Positions 46,113 through 59,700 of a stretch of DNA of 64,000 nt are shown piece after piece. The position numbers and the translations under genes were made by a program. The notes beneath the pieces were generated by a model that did not search any database, was not told where the DNA came from, and saw only the letters and a list, made by a program, of their open reading frames with translations. Source of the stretch: Leptogorgia sarmentosa (lineage: Eukaryota); assembly GCA_964658305.1 (NCBI GenBank), contig OZ210885.1:682001-746000 (forward strand). The letters run 5' to 3'. Numbering within the stretch: the first letter of the stretch is position 1; every line of letters starts with the position of its first letter.

Positions 46113-48843
46113 ATATCAATGGAGTCTATAACGAAAGAAGAGCCAAATAGGTTTTGAATTTCTGCTCAAGCTGGATACATGGCGAGAAATAATGGACATG
46201 ATTGTGATTTGTGAACTTATACCGGCCGCGGAATATCAATTAGCCGCGTTCACTCACACGCAATGTACTGTAATAAACTGAATGAACTTTTATTTTGCAC
46301 TGAAAGATATGACTAAGCTACTTAGTCTCCTGTCTCCATCAGCTTGTTTAGATTTTTTTTGTGCTTTCTCACTTAATTAAAACGATCATCTCGCTGTAGC
46401 CATAGCTCCATCATGCACCATAGGAAAGCTGAATCTTTCTAGAATTTACCCATTTTTACCGTGAATTCAGCGTAAAATCATGTCATATTAACTGAGTTCG
46501 TAAAATTAAAGTTCGTTAAAGCACTATCTATATCTGTGTTTTCTGGAAGGAAAAGATCACTTTCACATTTAGCTATTTTACGATGTCATTTTTCTCTGAC
46601 GTATATTATAACTCGCCTACATAATAATATAGTAGAAACTGTCGATGCCGGCATGGTATGGTGTTCTTGTCTATATATTAGCGCTCGACAGCGACCTACA
46701 TGTAGCCGCAAACGTCATAATTCTCAACGTCTGTCATCAAATTTTGCTCATTGGACAGTGTTATAATTGTAGATCAAGAATTTAGATAATAATTATGTTC
46801 TATTAAAGCATGCAGATATAGCATAAACTAAATATATCTGTGGAAGAGATAGATCGCCACAGGGCAATTTTGGTATATGATTGAACATGAAGAATCGAGA
46901 TATGCAAAGTGGTCTTTCGCTGAAAAAAAAAGCGGGACGCTGACGTAATAATAGACAGTGCTTTGTAAAGAAAGTTCGACCAAAGCTGGTGAAAAACGTT
47001 AATGCTATATGTACATGGCAGCACATGAAAAACGTTAATGCTATGTACTATATATATATGTTAATGGCAGCATTATAGTTCTTGTAAAATACGGCAACAA
47101 ACCAAAAAATTAAGCGTAGATAAAATCGTTATTTAGTCGCCTAAACTGTTCGGAATCGCTTATAGTCCACGCACTGCATGGGCCTTGAAATATTTAATGC
47201 CATTAACATGCATGCACTCTCGTGTACCGTTCAGATTGTAAAGGCCGGGTTCGGTAAAATGTCATTTTACACGAAATATACTTCAGTTTACGCGTTTATC
47301 TGTCTTAATAGACAACCATGTATTGAGATTTTTTAATGTTTTAGAACTATATACTGAGTCTTTTATAAAATAGAAAACAACAGTAACTCCAAAAATTGAT
47401 AACATTTTATTTATCGACGTCTCGACTATATTTTAGTCATCATCAGGTTGTTTCGTGTTTTCATCATCGTGTTTTCCACTAAAAATACATTGAATGTTCG
47501 CGTGGTTTCGAAAATGCTGAGAGTTGTAATTTTCTTGGTGGGATGCCGGTATGGTATGATAATGCGCTCGAACCCCCGCATGCAAATAAAAGCCGCAAAA
47601 AGATAGGCTTGCAAAAGATAAAAGCTAATGAATGGTACGCTTTTCGCTTTTCGAATGAAAATCGAATATTTGTTTTGTGGTGATAATATAGTAATCTCTC
47701 GATACAAATATACCTAGTGAAAAGTGCTCAATTTTTCCACATTGGCGATTTGAATGCGCTCCACTTAAATTTTCCTTTATGCCCTAATTGTCATCAGTGG
47801 CATAATAATTTTCTACATCGGTATATTAATATGCGAGTGTGTTAGTATTTTTATTAGAAATCAACACGATTTTGAACCAAATGGTGACAGGAACAACATG
47901 ATACCTATATGAAAGGAAATCATTTTTCCGCGCCGCGTATTTTACAATGTACGGTGCATGTATAATTGAATCCGCTATATTTGAGTAATTAACATTAGCT
48001 TGGAATAACAAAATAATAATCGGTAGCTTCCGATTCATTCATTCTGTTTATATAATTAACTCCTGCCTTTTCGTTCTATTTTCTATCCGCTTTCCTTCAT
48101 ATAGTCTATAGGAAATCCTTGTGATTAAGTCGAACGGAAATCTATTCTTGCACAATGGACGTGAGGGATATATTATCTTTACTCCGGCCTTTATACCCTC
48201 AACTCAAACAGGCAAGCATGGAAACGACTTGAGAATGTGCTCAAATGGTGGCAATGTTATCTAAAATCATTTAATATTTTAGGGACGGCCATTACAATTA
48301 GTGTAGAGGCTGTAATATGTACTTAGTGAAACTGTATATAAATCTAATCCAACGGATTATGCATCGTCTCTAACAAAACACCATGGATTATTGCTTTCGG
48401 TTATTTTTTTAAAAAAGGTATCCCAGGAAATCTTTTTGCCATCTTAAGCTTTGGCAAGAGAAAGGATTGATTCATGTTGACTTCCATACGTTTTAGTGTT
48501 TCCTCTTCGCGCAATCTCCAGGCAACTACGATGTTTATTTCTGTTTTGTAACATTGACAAGGCAACCAAGCAGTCAAGCTGCTACAAAAAATGGATGGCA
48601 TCATTCCAGTCTCCAATTTTCAAACAATGAGACTTTTTTTCTAACAATCAAGGTACTTTACAGTAATTGTTTGACCTCATCATTATATTTCAATACATTC
48701 CCAACAATAAAGCATTCTAACGGAGAAAAGCCAATTACTGTAGGTTTTAAATTTAATCTGCTCAAGCTGGATATTCCATTCCGTTGTTTGTGCTTCGTGG
48801 CGCTTGTTTGTCATTTTCCGAAGCGCGCCTGTTTGAATCGAAT

Positions 48844-48913
48844 ATGGAAAACTCACATGTGCTGTCTGCAGCGTTAATCTTTTCGCTATCTTGGGCTGGT
48901 TATGTCTTTGGCT
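48844..48913 (+). CDS. Duplicated first (signal peptide) exon of gene 2, MENSHVLSAALIFSLSWAGYVFG
   Basis: Identical to 53733-53802, offset 4889; ends at T|gtaagt. Whether it is used is unknown. Confidence 0.6.
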
Positions 48914-50842
48914 GTAAGTTATCATAGTGTTTTTTTAATAAATTATATATTTTTTCCAATGATAATGAAATGAACAGAGAGATTGTTTATCAGAAGGATA
49001 CGCAATAGCGAAGGACAAAGATCGTTCAATATATTTGTATTTCTTACCTAAATTGTTTACAGGGCGTAGGAACTGGGGGGCAAGGGGACCAACTTTTGAA
49101 AATCACTCAAATAACGCCCTTCTCTTTTGAGGTAATTTTGCTGTAATTTTTAACATTAAACCAACCAATTTTATACAAGTGATACACATTACCTGGAAGG
49201 AGTAATGATGTGACTAATGATCCAATAGTAGACTCGTGCGCACTACCAAAAATTAGACAACGACGGAATTCGTCATTTCGAGAAAAAAACCGTTGGTCAC
49301 GAATCAAGGAAGGATGATAAAACTTGTATCTTCAAAGAAATCTATGCCTGCGTTTTCATGCTTGATTTACAGGTGACCTGCCCACACAACAAACTATTTT
49401 TAGGCAGACTTTTTTGGCAGAATTTTTTAGCCGTGGAATGAAAGTGTTTAGTATTCATAGGATGACTTGTATCTATCTCTGGTTTAGTAAGTTTATGCAT
49501 GGAAGATATTTTTGTATAATCTATATGCGTATTAGCTATGTTCCATTGCTTTTACCACAAATATGGTATATAATTGTTCCTAATTATATGGTATATAATT
49601 GTACAGTATAAACCGGCATCACAAGAACCTAATGCTGCCATTGTTGAAATACATTGACGTTATTCATATGCATTTGTTGGTTTCGGTATTTTACATATTT
49701 CAGGTTCCTTTAGAAAACACTTTGTTTTCAATGTCAATGCCTTACATGCCCAATGTCTATCAGCGAAAAGTATGTTGAATGTTCGCGTAGCTTCAAAAAT
49801 GTTAAGAGTGGGTAATTTTCTTCATGGGGAGCTGGTATGGATTGGCATCTGCTCAGGGATCTACACCCACACTTTAGTTTCAATGCGCTCCACTTGGATT
49901 TTGCTCCGGGCAACAATTGTCATAAGTGGCATAACTTTAAAGCAAATAATTTTCTACATAGACATATTAAAATCGATTCCAGGTCATCTTAGTTTAGAGA
50001 TCTAGAGATCTACATGAGAAAATCATGGTGACAGGAACAACAACTTTTGACAGGAAATCGTCGTTCCGTCCTCCGCAGATTCCTCAGTTTAGAATTGAGA
50101 TCCGGTAATTCAGTAAATTAAGATAAATTTAAGTTGAAATTATAAATTTATGCTGTTATCGATGTTCATAAATCCTCAGACACGCAAACATGGAAACGAG
50201 GTGAAAATGTGCTTAAATGATGGTAATCGCATCTGAGATAATTTGATACGTTCCTAATTACTATCTTAGGGACATATTATAGTTATTCATTTATTTATTT
50301 AAAAATATTATTATGAGGGAAGAATGGCAATTGCAGAAAGCCCATTAAGAGCAGAGACGTACGTTTTTCCAGATATATTGAAACAAGCTCTAATCTCTCT
50401 ATTTCACTCGCAGGCAGCGAACTTGACGCATCTCAATGAAAAAGAGATCATGCATGGTTTTAAAATTGTAACTTCTCGAATTATTGAACCGCTCAATGTC
50501 TTCAGAAACTTGTAGCTATTATATCTTTTACTCAATGTATTGTATATACTTTCTAGCGTTTCTGCTGTTTCTTCATTGTACAATCTCCAACCAAGCAAAA
50601 TGTTTATTTCTGTTGTGTCACATTGACAAGGCAACCAGGGAGTCAAGCTGCTGCATGTCAGAAGTGGCGCCATAGCTACATTTCTGTCTGTAGCTAATTT
50701 TCAAACAATGAGAACTATTTCCTAACAATCTGGAGAAAGGTAGTTTACAGTAATTGTTTCACCACAATGCTAGGAATCGAAAACACTTCACAAGTATTAA
50801 TAAAGATACTTTATAGTTCCTCTCGTTAATTGATATATCAAT

Positions 50843-51001
50843 CAGTGGCGTCGCCAGCTTGATAAGTGAGGTGGCCATGGACATATTCATATATTCGTGT
50901 TTTGCACAATTAATTTCTTTTGAAATCGATTGTTTTTATGGTCTGCGAACACGAATATATGAATATGTCCACCCCACTTATCGACTCTGGCGACGCCACT
51001 G
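50843..51001. mobile_element. hAT-type MITE (copy carried by the tandem duplication)
   Basis: Same sequence and TSD as 45954-46112. Confidence 0.88.
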
Positions 51002-51448
51002 ATATCAATGGAGTCTATAACGAAAGAAGAGCCAAATAGGTTTTGAATTTCTGCTCAAGCTGGATACATGGCGAGAAATAATGGACATGATTGTGATTTG
51101 TGAACTTATACCGGCCGCGGAATATCAATTAGCCGCGTTCACTCACACGCAATGTACTGTAATAAACTGAATGAACTTTTATTTTGCACTGAAAGATATG
51201 ACTAAGCTACTTAGTCTCCTGTCTCCATCAGCTTGTTTAAATTTTTTTTGTGCTTTCTCACTTAATTAAAACGATCATCTCGCTGTAGCCATAGCTCCAT
51301 CATGCACCATAGGAAAGCTGAATCTTTCTAGAATTTACCCATTTTTACCGTGAATTCAGCGTAAAATCATGTCATATTAACTGAGTTCGTAAAATTAAAG
51401 TTCGTTAAAGCACTATCTATATCTGTGTTTTCTGGAAGGAAAAGATCA

Positions 51449-53732
51449 CTTTCACATTTAGCTATTTTACGATGTCATTTTTCTCTGACGTATATTATAA
51501 CTCGCCTACATAATAATATAGTAGAAACTGTCGATGCCGGCATGGTATGGTGTTCTTGTCTATATATTAGCGCTCGACAGCGACCTACATGTAGCCGCAA
51601 ACGTCATAATTCTCAACGTCTGTCATCAAATTTTGCTCATTGGACAGTGTTATAATTGTAGATCAAGAATTTAGATAATAATTATGTTCTATTAAAGCAT
51701 GCAGATATAGCATAAACTAAATATATCTGTGGAAGAGATAGATCGCCACAGGGCAATTTTGGTATATGATTGAACATGAAGAATCGAGATATGCAAAGTG
51801 GTCTTTCGCTGAAAAAAAAAGCGGGACGCTGACGTAATAATAGACAGTGCTTTGTAAAGAAAGTTCGACCAAAGCTGGTGAAAAACGTTAATGCTATATG
51901 TACATGGCAGCACATGAAAAACGTTAATGCTATGTACTATATATATATGTTAATGGCAGCATTATAGTTCTTGTAAAATACGGCAACAAACCAAAAAATT
52001 AAGCGTAGATAAAATCGTTATTTAGTCGCCTAAACTGTTCGGAATCGCTTATAGTCCACGCACTGCATGGGCCTTGAAATATTTAATGCCATTAACATGC
52101 ATGCACTCTCGTGTACCGTTCAGATTGTAAAGGCCGGGTTCGGTAAAATGTCATTTTACACGAAATATACTTCAGTTTACGCGTTTATCTGTCTTAATAG
52201 ACAACCATGTATTGAGATTTTTTAATGTTTTAGAACTATATACTGAGTCTTTTATAAAATAGAAAACAACAGTAACTCCAAAAATTGATAACATTTTATT
52301 TATCGACGTCTCGACTATATTTTAGTCATCATCAGGTTGTTTCGTGTTTTCATCATCGTGTTTTCCACTAAAAATACATTGAATGTTCGCGTGGTTTCGA
52401 AAATGCTGAGAGTTGTAATTTTCTTGGTGGGATGCCGGTATGGTATGATAATGCGCTCGAACCCCCGCATGCAAATAAAAGCCGCAAAAAGATAGGCTTG
52501 CAAAAGATAAAAGCTAATGAATGGTACGCTTTTCGCTTTTCGAATGAAAATCGAATATTTGTTTTGTGGTGATAATATAGTAATCTCTCGATACAAATAT
52601 ACCTAGTGAAAAGTGCTCAATTTTTCCACATTGGCGATTTGAATGCGCTCCACTTAAATTTTCCTTTATGCCCTAATTGTCATCAGTGGCATAATAATTT
52701 TCTACATCGGTATATTAATATGCGAGTGTGTTAGTATTTTTATTAGAAATCAACACGATTTTGAACCAAATGGTGACAGGAACAACATGATACCTATATG
52801 AAAGGAAATCATTTTTCCGCGCCGCGTATTTTACAATGTACGGTGCATGTATAATTGAATCCGCTATATTTGAGTAATTAACATTAGCTTGGAATAACAA
52901 AATAATAATCGGTAGCTTCCGATTCATTCATTCTGTTTATATAATTAACTCCTGCCTTTTCGTTCTATTTTCTATCCGCTTTCCTTCATATAGTCTATAG
53001 GAAATCCTTGTGATTAAGTCGAACGGAAATCTATTCTTGCACAATGGACGTGAGGGATATATTATCTTTACTCCGGCCTTTATACCCTCAACTCAAACAG
53101 GCAAGCATGGAAACGACTTGAGAATGTGCTCAAATGGTGGCAATGTTATCTAAAATCATTTAATATTTTAGGGACGGCCATTACAATTAGTGTAGAGGCT
53201 GTAATATGTACTTAGTGAAACTGTATATAAATCTAATCCAACGGATTATGCATCGTCTCTAACAAAACACCATGGATTATTGCTTTCGGTTATTTTTTTA
53301 AAAAAGGTATCCCAGGAAATCTTTTTGCCATCTTAAGCTTTGGCAAGAGAAAGGATTGATTCATGTTGACTTCCATACGTTTTAGTGTTTCCTCTTCGCG
53401 CAATCTTCAGGCAACTACGATGTTTATTTCTGTTTTGTAACATTGACAAGGCAACCAAGCAGTCAAGCTGCTACAAAAAATGGATGGCATCATTCCAGTC
53501 TCCAATTTTCAAACAATGAGACTTTTTTCCTAACAATCAAGGTACTTTACAGTAATTGTTTGACCTCATCATTATATTTCAATACATTCCCAACAATAAA
53601 GCATTCTAACGGAGAAAAGCCAATTACTGTAGGTTTTAAATTTAATCTGCTCAAGCTGGATATTCCATTCCGTTGTTTGTGCTTCGTGGCGCTTGTTTGT
53701 CATTTTCCGAAGCGCGCCTGTTTGAATCGAAT
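51449..53732 (+). promoter_or_regulatory. Upstream non-coding module of gene 2 (copy C'; twin copy C at 46560-48843)
   Basis: Homologous to 6830-9418 and ends at the signal-peptide ATG. Confidence 0.55.
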
Positions 53733-56700
53733 ATGGAAAACTCACATGTGCTGTCTGCAGCGTTAATCTTTTCGCTATCTTGGGCTGGTTATGTCTTTGG
53801 CTGTAAGTTATCATAGTGTTTTTTTAATAAATTATATATTTTTTCCAATGATAATGAAATGAACAGAGAGATTGTTTATCAGAAGGATACGCAATAGCGA
53901 AGGACAAAGATCGTTCAATATATTTGTATTTCTTACCTAAATTGTTTACAGGGCGTAGGAACTGGGGGGCAAGGGGACCAACTTTTGAAAATCACTCAAA
54001 TAACGCCCTTCTCTTTTGAGGTAATTTTGCTGTAATTTTTAACATTAAACCAACCAATTTTATACAAGTGATACACATTACCTGGAAGGAGTAATGATGT
54101 GACTAATGATCCAATAGTAGACTCGTGCGCACTACCAAAAATTAGACAACGACGGAATTCGTCATTTCGAGAAAAAAACCGTTGGTCACGAATCAAGGAA
54201 GGATGATAAAACTTGTATCTTCAAAGAAATCTATGCCTGCGTTTTCATGCTTGATTTACAGGTGACCTGCCCACACAACAAACTATTTTTAGGCAGACTT
54301 TTTTGGCAGAATTTTTTAGCCGTGGAATGAAAGTGTTTAGTATTCATAGGATGACTTGTATCTATCTCTGGTTTAGTAAGTTTATGCATGGAAGATATTT
54401 TTGTATAATCTATATGCGTATTAGCTATGTTCCATTGCTTTTACCACAAATATGGTATATAATTGTTCCTGTTCGATGTTTATGTTGCGCTCCGCGGGTT
54501 CTGGAAACGAGTCACATGAAAACGAGGGCGAAGTGAAAAGGTCAAGGTTTGAATTTTAAATTGGACTGAACGGGTGAAAAGGTATCCAATAATACCAATA
54601 ATTAAAATTCCATGTCTTTTTTTACTTTTTAATTTCGGCAGAATTTTTTCAAATCATCAATATAACTTGGCGTAACTCCTGATCTGACGCCCTTAGTTCC
54701 AAGTTCTCGTGAATATACTCGAGTAGGCCGTTATGGAATACCTGTGCACCATATTGTAGTACACTAAGTACAGGTCGAATTCATGCATTACAGAAATTAA
54801 TAATACCTGTTGCATGTGGGTTGTTAACATGATCGTTCCATAACAATGAATAATTTGCCTGAAACTTTAAACCCAAGATCTGGTGCGCAGTATTCGGAAG
54901 AAAGTTAACTAATTTACAACGGCATCAACACTCCTTTGCGCTTGGCTTGATGAATTCACGGGCACTACATCTGATGTAGTATCATCGTATCATGAAAGAA
55001 CTTGCAGCTAGGCAGGTCTGGCATTTCATGATCTTTTCATCAGCCGAAAAAGCCTCAATTTAGTTCCCTGCTGTACCCCTGCAGAAACTCCCGGGGGGCT
55101 CCTCCTTATCAAAATTGTCTTCCCGCTCTCAAAAAATTACCAAATTTAAAGCGAAACATTGTTCCAACTTGACCACGACTCTCAAGTTCACGGTTTACAA
55201 GTTTTATAAGTCGAAAACGTTGATAGGAACAAGTAACATACTCGTGACCCTCATCAGGGGGGCTGTTGTGGTGGGTGTCATGATCCAACTGTTTTTTTAA
55301 TCCGTCAGTAAATTCATCTATTTGTTCATCATCATAATCATGGGTTCTGGCAATCAAGGGGTTATGCATGTCCAAAGCTTCCAACCATTACATCCTAAAC
55401 CATACTCCAACCATAATCTTCAACTATCATTCTCAACCATAATCCTCAACCATAATCTTCAACCATCAACTAGGAGTACGTAGCCCACAATTTGTATATT
55501 GATCTTCTGTTTCGGATATGAAACATTATTATTATTACATTATTGTTAGTGTTTTAAATCAAATCAGTATATTACTTAAATATTTACCAAATTGCTTGAA
55601 ATTTGACGATTCCACACACGAGAAATACTGAGAGGAAGCTATTAAATGTCCGACGTGAAATAAACACAAGTCCATGCATTCTAAAATTTAGCCAATCAGG
55701 CCCACTGCATTGAGAAAAAAATGCCCTCCTCACTAGCCAATCATGTTTTAGTAATTTCCCGTTTATAATTATGATTATCAGATATACTCAAGTTTGTGGC
55801 ACTTTTCTGGAAATTTCAATCTGAGAGCTCTTAATAATGCCTTTATGTCTATAACACTTGTAATTCTTTAATTTTGATTATTGTTTTTTATATATTCTTT
55901 CCTGTAGGTCCTGCAATAGATCCTGGAAGCGGGAACGGCTTTGGTAAAAACACACTTCTATCTAAATACAGAACATTAATATGAAAATAACTACATACTG
56001 TACACGGAATAAATTTTGAATTATAAAACATATAGATTATATATAGTATAGATAATCATAGATTATAGGTATTATAATTTATGGTATACCTAGTAAACAA
56101 TCCAAAGTATGGAAGGAATGCATCACTGTATGACACACACACACACGCCCAGGTTTTGGACTGTAATAATTAAAAAGAAGCTATTTTTTCGAACTTTATC
56201 AACAACTCATAATTCCTCTCCTATTAGATCGACTGCTCTGTTTGCTCTAGCTATATGTGGTATCCAGCAATCGTTTTACATTTCACCAACAAAAACGCTA
56301 TACTGTATAAATTAATATAATTTATATCGAACACCACGCGGGTCAGCACACTAACAGGCATCTTCTGTTTTTCTTTAGGCGTGACGCCGTCATTATCCAC
56401 CCCAACAGGTACTGCTGCTATTTGCTTTGAAAATAGCTTTCGACTGTAAACATTTAAAAAGGAGCTAATTTTTCGAAATTTATCAGTAATTCACAATTCC
56501 AATTCTATTAGACCGGCTGCTCTGTTTGCTCTATATGGTGCCCAGAAATCGTTTCACATTTCACCAACAAAAACGCTATACTGTATAATATATATCGAAC
56601 ACCACGCGGGTCAGCATACTAACAGGCAACTTCTGTTTTTCTTTAGGCTTGACGCCGTCATTACCCACCCCAACAGGTACTGCTGCTAATTTCCTCTGAA

Positions 56701-59700
56701 AATAACTTTCGACTGTAATCATGTAAAAAGAAGATAATTTTTCGAAATTTATCAACAACTCACAATTAATTCCATTCCTCTCCTATTAGACCGGCTGTTT
56801 AGCCACACATTATCGAGAAATTGTTTGACATTTAACTAACCAAAACGCTGCCTCATATTATACATATGTCGAACACCAGCAAACTAACAGGCATCTTCTG
56901 TTTTCCTTAGGCGGAGTGCCGCCATTACCCATCCCAACAGACACCACTCCTGTTTCTTTTGATGGTCGTTGTACCAGGTTTCCGCTTCCAAAACTTGGAT
57001 TGTGGTTCAATGGGATAAATTTCAGACGTCTTTCGGTAAGTTACATTTCTTCAAAGATTTGACTTCATCAAAGTATAGCCATTTTACAACTGAGCAAAAG
57101 GACTGGATCTAGGTGGGACAACAAGTTATAAAGCGAGCGAGCTAAAATATATAATATATATACTAGCCTTATTTTTGATTTTGTAGTAGAAAATGTGGCA
57201 CTTGTCAATGTTGCGAATATGTTAAAAAAGTTACCGGTCATACAGTAGGCAATAAACATTGTTTATTTTCGTCTCCAAATTTTTCTTTCCAGGTTTGTCC
57301 GAACGGATTAGTAAGGTTTCGGGGGGGCAGGTTTCAGACCAATCCACGAAATTTTGGCACCTATAGCAACCAGCGAACTTTTTCGTTACTCGCTCCTTAC
57401 TGGTGCAATGCTAATCTGGATTCATTTGAAACTGGAGACTCGCAGGTGTTTTTTTATACAGTCACAGTCGAGAACCAAGAAGAGAACACGGAACTGTTTG
57501 ACATGGCTAGGGAATATGGTAACACGCTCTTAAAGAAAGATGATTACGATCCATTGTGGGTTGGTGTTGTTAGTTGGCACAATCTCAGACCAAACAATCC
57601 TGGTGACTTTGAGCCCGTAAGTACTTGAAAGTATTCAAAGGATAAGTTAGCTATCTTGTGATAATGATGGTATTGAGGTATTGATACTCCGTCCGTACAG
57701 GGCTAAACATGCCACGCACCGCGTATAATCCACATGATCCAAGACAAACTTTGCCATGCATTTGACACATATTACAAATTAATAATTTTCCATTTGATGT
57801 ATTCAGTACTTGCTTAACGCTCGAGGTCATTGTTGTACCAATTACTTAACAACTCTTTTCTCATATAGAAATTTTTCTCGCATATTAAATGCAAGATTTT
57901 GATTTTTGAAAAAAGCAATTATTTTGTCATTTGATAAAACAATCACAAACATTTTCTTCTTTAGAAAAACTGTTTTGATATGTTACTGGCAAACAGCGTT
58001 TTGGATGAGACGGTTGTTGTGTACAGATATGTTGATATAAGTTGGGCTGTAAGGGCACCCAGGTATAAAAATAATTTTTTTTTTTACATAAACAATAGCA
58101 ATGCATGTAACTTAAGCGCATGCACCTTTAAATTTCTCGTTATAAATGTAATGATCATATATTGAAAGTGATTCAAGAGTTTCAGTTGATTAAGAGGTTT
58201 TTGTGAAATTGGCGATCTGTTCGGTAGCTGCCAAAATTTGTAGTTATGAGATCATGAAAACACCTGACGCATTACACTAACTTATGCTGCTTATGCCAAA
58301 AGCGGGAAAATACTAGTGGCTTCCTGAAATGAAAGTTCTCATTTACAATGCAATAAGCGTTCACCTTAAGTCCGATATGAGGATTTAAGGTATACGATTT
58401 ATTATAATTTATTTAAGCTTTAGCATTTCATTGCCATTCGAGGAATAATATTCAAATGTACTTAATACATGCATGTATTTGGTTTAGGTCAAAGCAGTGC
58501 ACTATTATAACACGTACTGTATGGAAGTGCATGCATTACCTAATATTACTATAATGTGTATTGACGTGGTTTTTTGAATAGTCGAAAAGGTAAGGAAAAC
58601 CATGAGCAAAACGAAGCAAGTATACTCTGTTAAACGTCATTTTAAATAAATAAACTTCATAATAAATAATAAAATTAATAAACTTCGAGTATATTCGTGT
58701 ATTCAGAAACAATATTTTAAATAAATTGTTGAAGCACTAATATCTTTCAATTTAAACAAATTGTTAATGGACGTATATCTTTCTACTTTTAGTGACAACT
58801 TAGCAAATTTTCAAACTTCAAGTGATCTACCAGTTATTGGTTTTAATAGTGAATTATTATTTCAAAACTATGCAGGGTAAGAGTTGTGCGTTGATATAAT
58901 CTACAATTATACATGCATGCAGGGTGTCTCCAATAAGACGCTGTAATCTATTGTTAGAATTTCAATAGCTATTAAGAAATTGTCAATAATTTATGCACTC
59001 TTGGGTTTAACTTATAGTTCTTGGCATTGAAATTCTAATCTTTTAATCTTTTCTAGCGTTTTTTGGGGACACCTTGTAGACTAATTATTTTTGATCTAAA
59101 CAAATCCAGACGAAAAAACACGAAATTTCGGGAAAGAAACTTTCTAACCAAGTAAAATTCTAAAATAATAAGAAATGTTGCAATGTGCCTTTTGACGTTT
59201 TTAATAAACTCAATTCAATTCAATATTATATTTCCTAAACGATACCCGCTTTATTCATTCATACATTTATCTAAAGATCTGGTACTGTGGGTGTTTCAAA
59301 CGTGAACGATTTCTCTGACCCGCTGCTGGGGAGGCCTGGACAGATTGGGATCGTTCTCAACGATGGGCAATCAATAACGCTGTGCAATAAATGGTTAAAT
59401 GAACAATGCCGTGAAGGTCGTGGACCATTACAGTGTCCACTACCTTGCCCTCCAACTTATGGAAAACTCGAGGTTACAGTTGGATTTGATTTGAGATACC
59501 GATATAGGAGGGATAAAGATGGATCCGACTGTGTGTTCAGTACTAGTGGCCGCGTTACCCCACCTTATGAATGTTGCTACGATAAAGTCTCTGGATCTCT
59601 TGTCCGCTCTCGCAGCCCTGGAGCAAGCCGAGCTCACATGTTTCACCCTTGGCGCGACCCTGGAAATTTTGACAAGGAAGAAGCTGCCTACAGAAGTTGC

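Larger units (their letters stand above)
44710..54470. repeat. Recent tandem duplication, 2 x 4872 bp (44710-49581 and 49599-54470)
   Basis: Constant offset of 4889 and duplicated ORF track; only three substitutions noticed by eye (near 46351, 48517 and 48640); 17-bp junction filler. Confidence 0.95.

Noticed and set aside
44800..48930. Minus-strand readings of the upstream module that looked protein-like (SPLECFIVGNVLKYN, SSLTPWLPCQC, KKITTLNIFETTRTF), suggesting an NLR or transposase pseudogene
   Set aside because: No frame stays open across the three copies, indels are not multiples of three, an internal block is inverted, and the module ends exactly at the signal-peptide ATG; non-coding homology fits better.
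54328..54381. MKVFSIHRMTCIYLWF followed by gtaagt as an alternative first exon of gene 2
   Set aside because: Weak signal peptide with no counterpart in gene 1, whereas 53733-53802 is positionally homologous to gene 1 exon 1. Not fully excluded without RNA data.
44710..54470. Tandem duplication as a pure assembly artefact
   Set aside because: The junction has a templated 17-bp filler with microhomology and the copies differ at a few sites; an artefact is less likely but needs reads to exclude.
55395..55470. Short tandem AACCATAATC(T/C)TC repeats as a possible CRISPR-like array
   Set aside because: 13-bp units without unique spacers, in a eukaryotic intron; a simple minisatellite.
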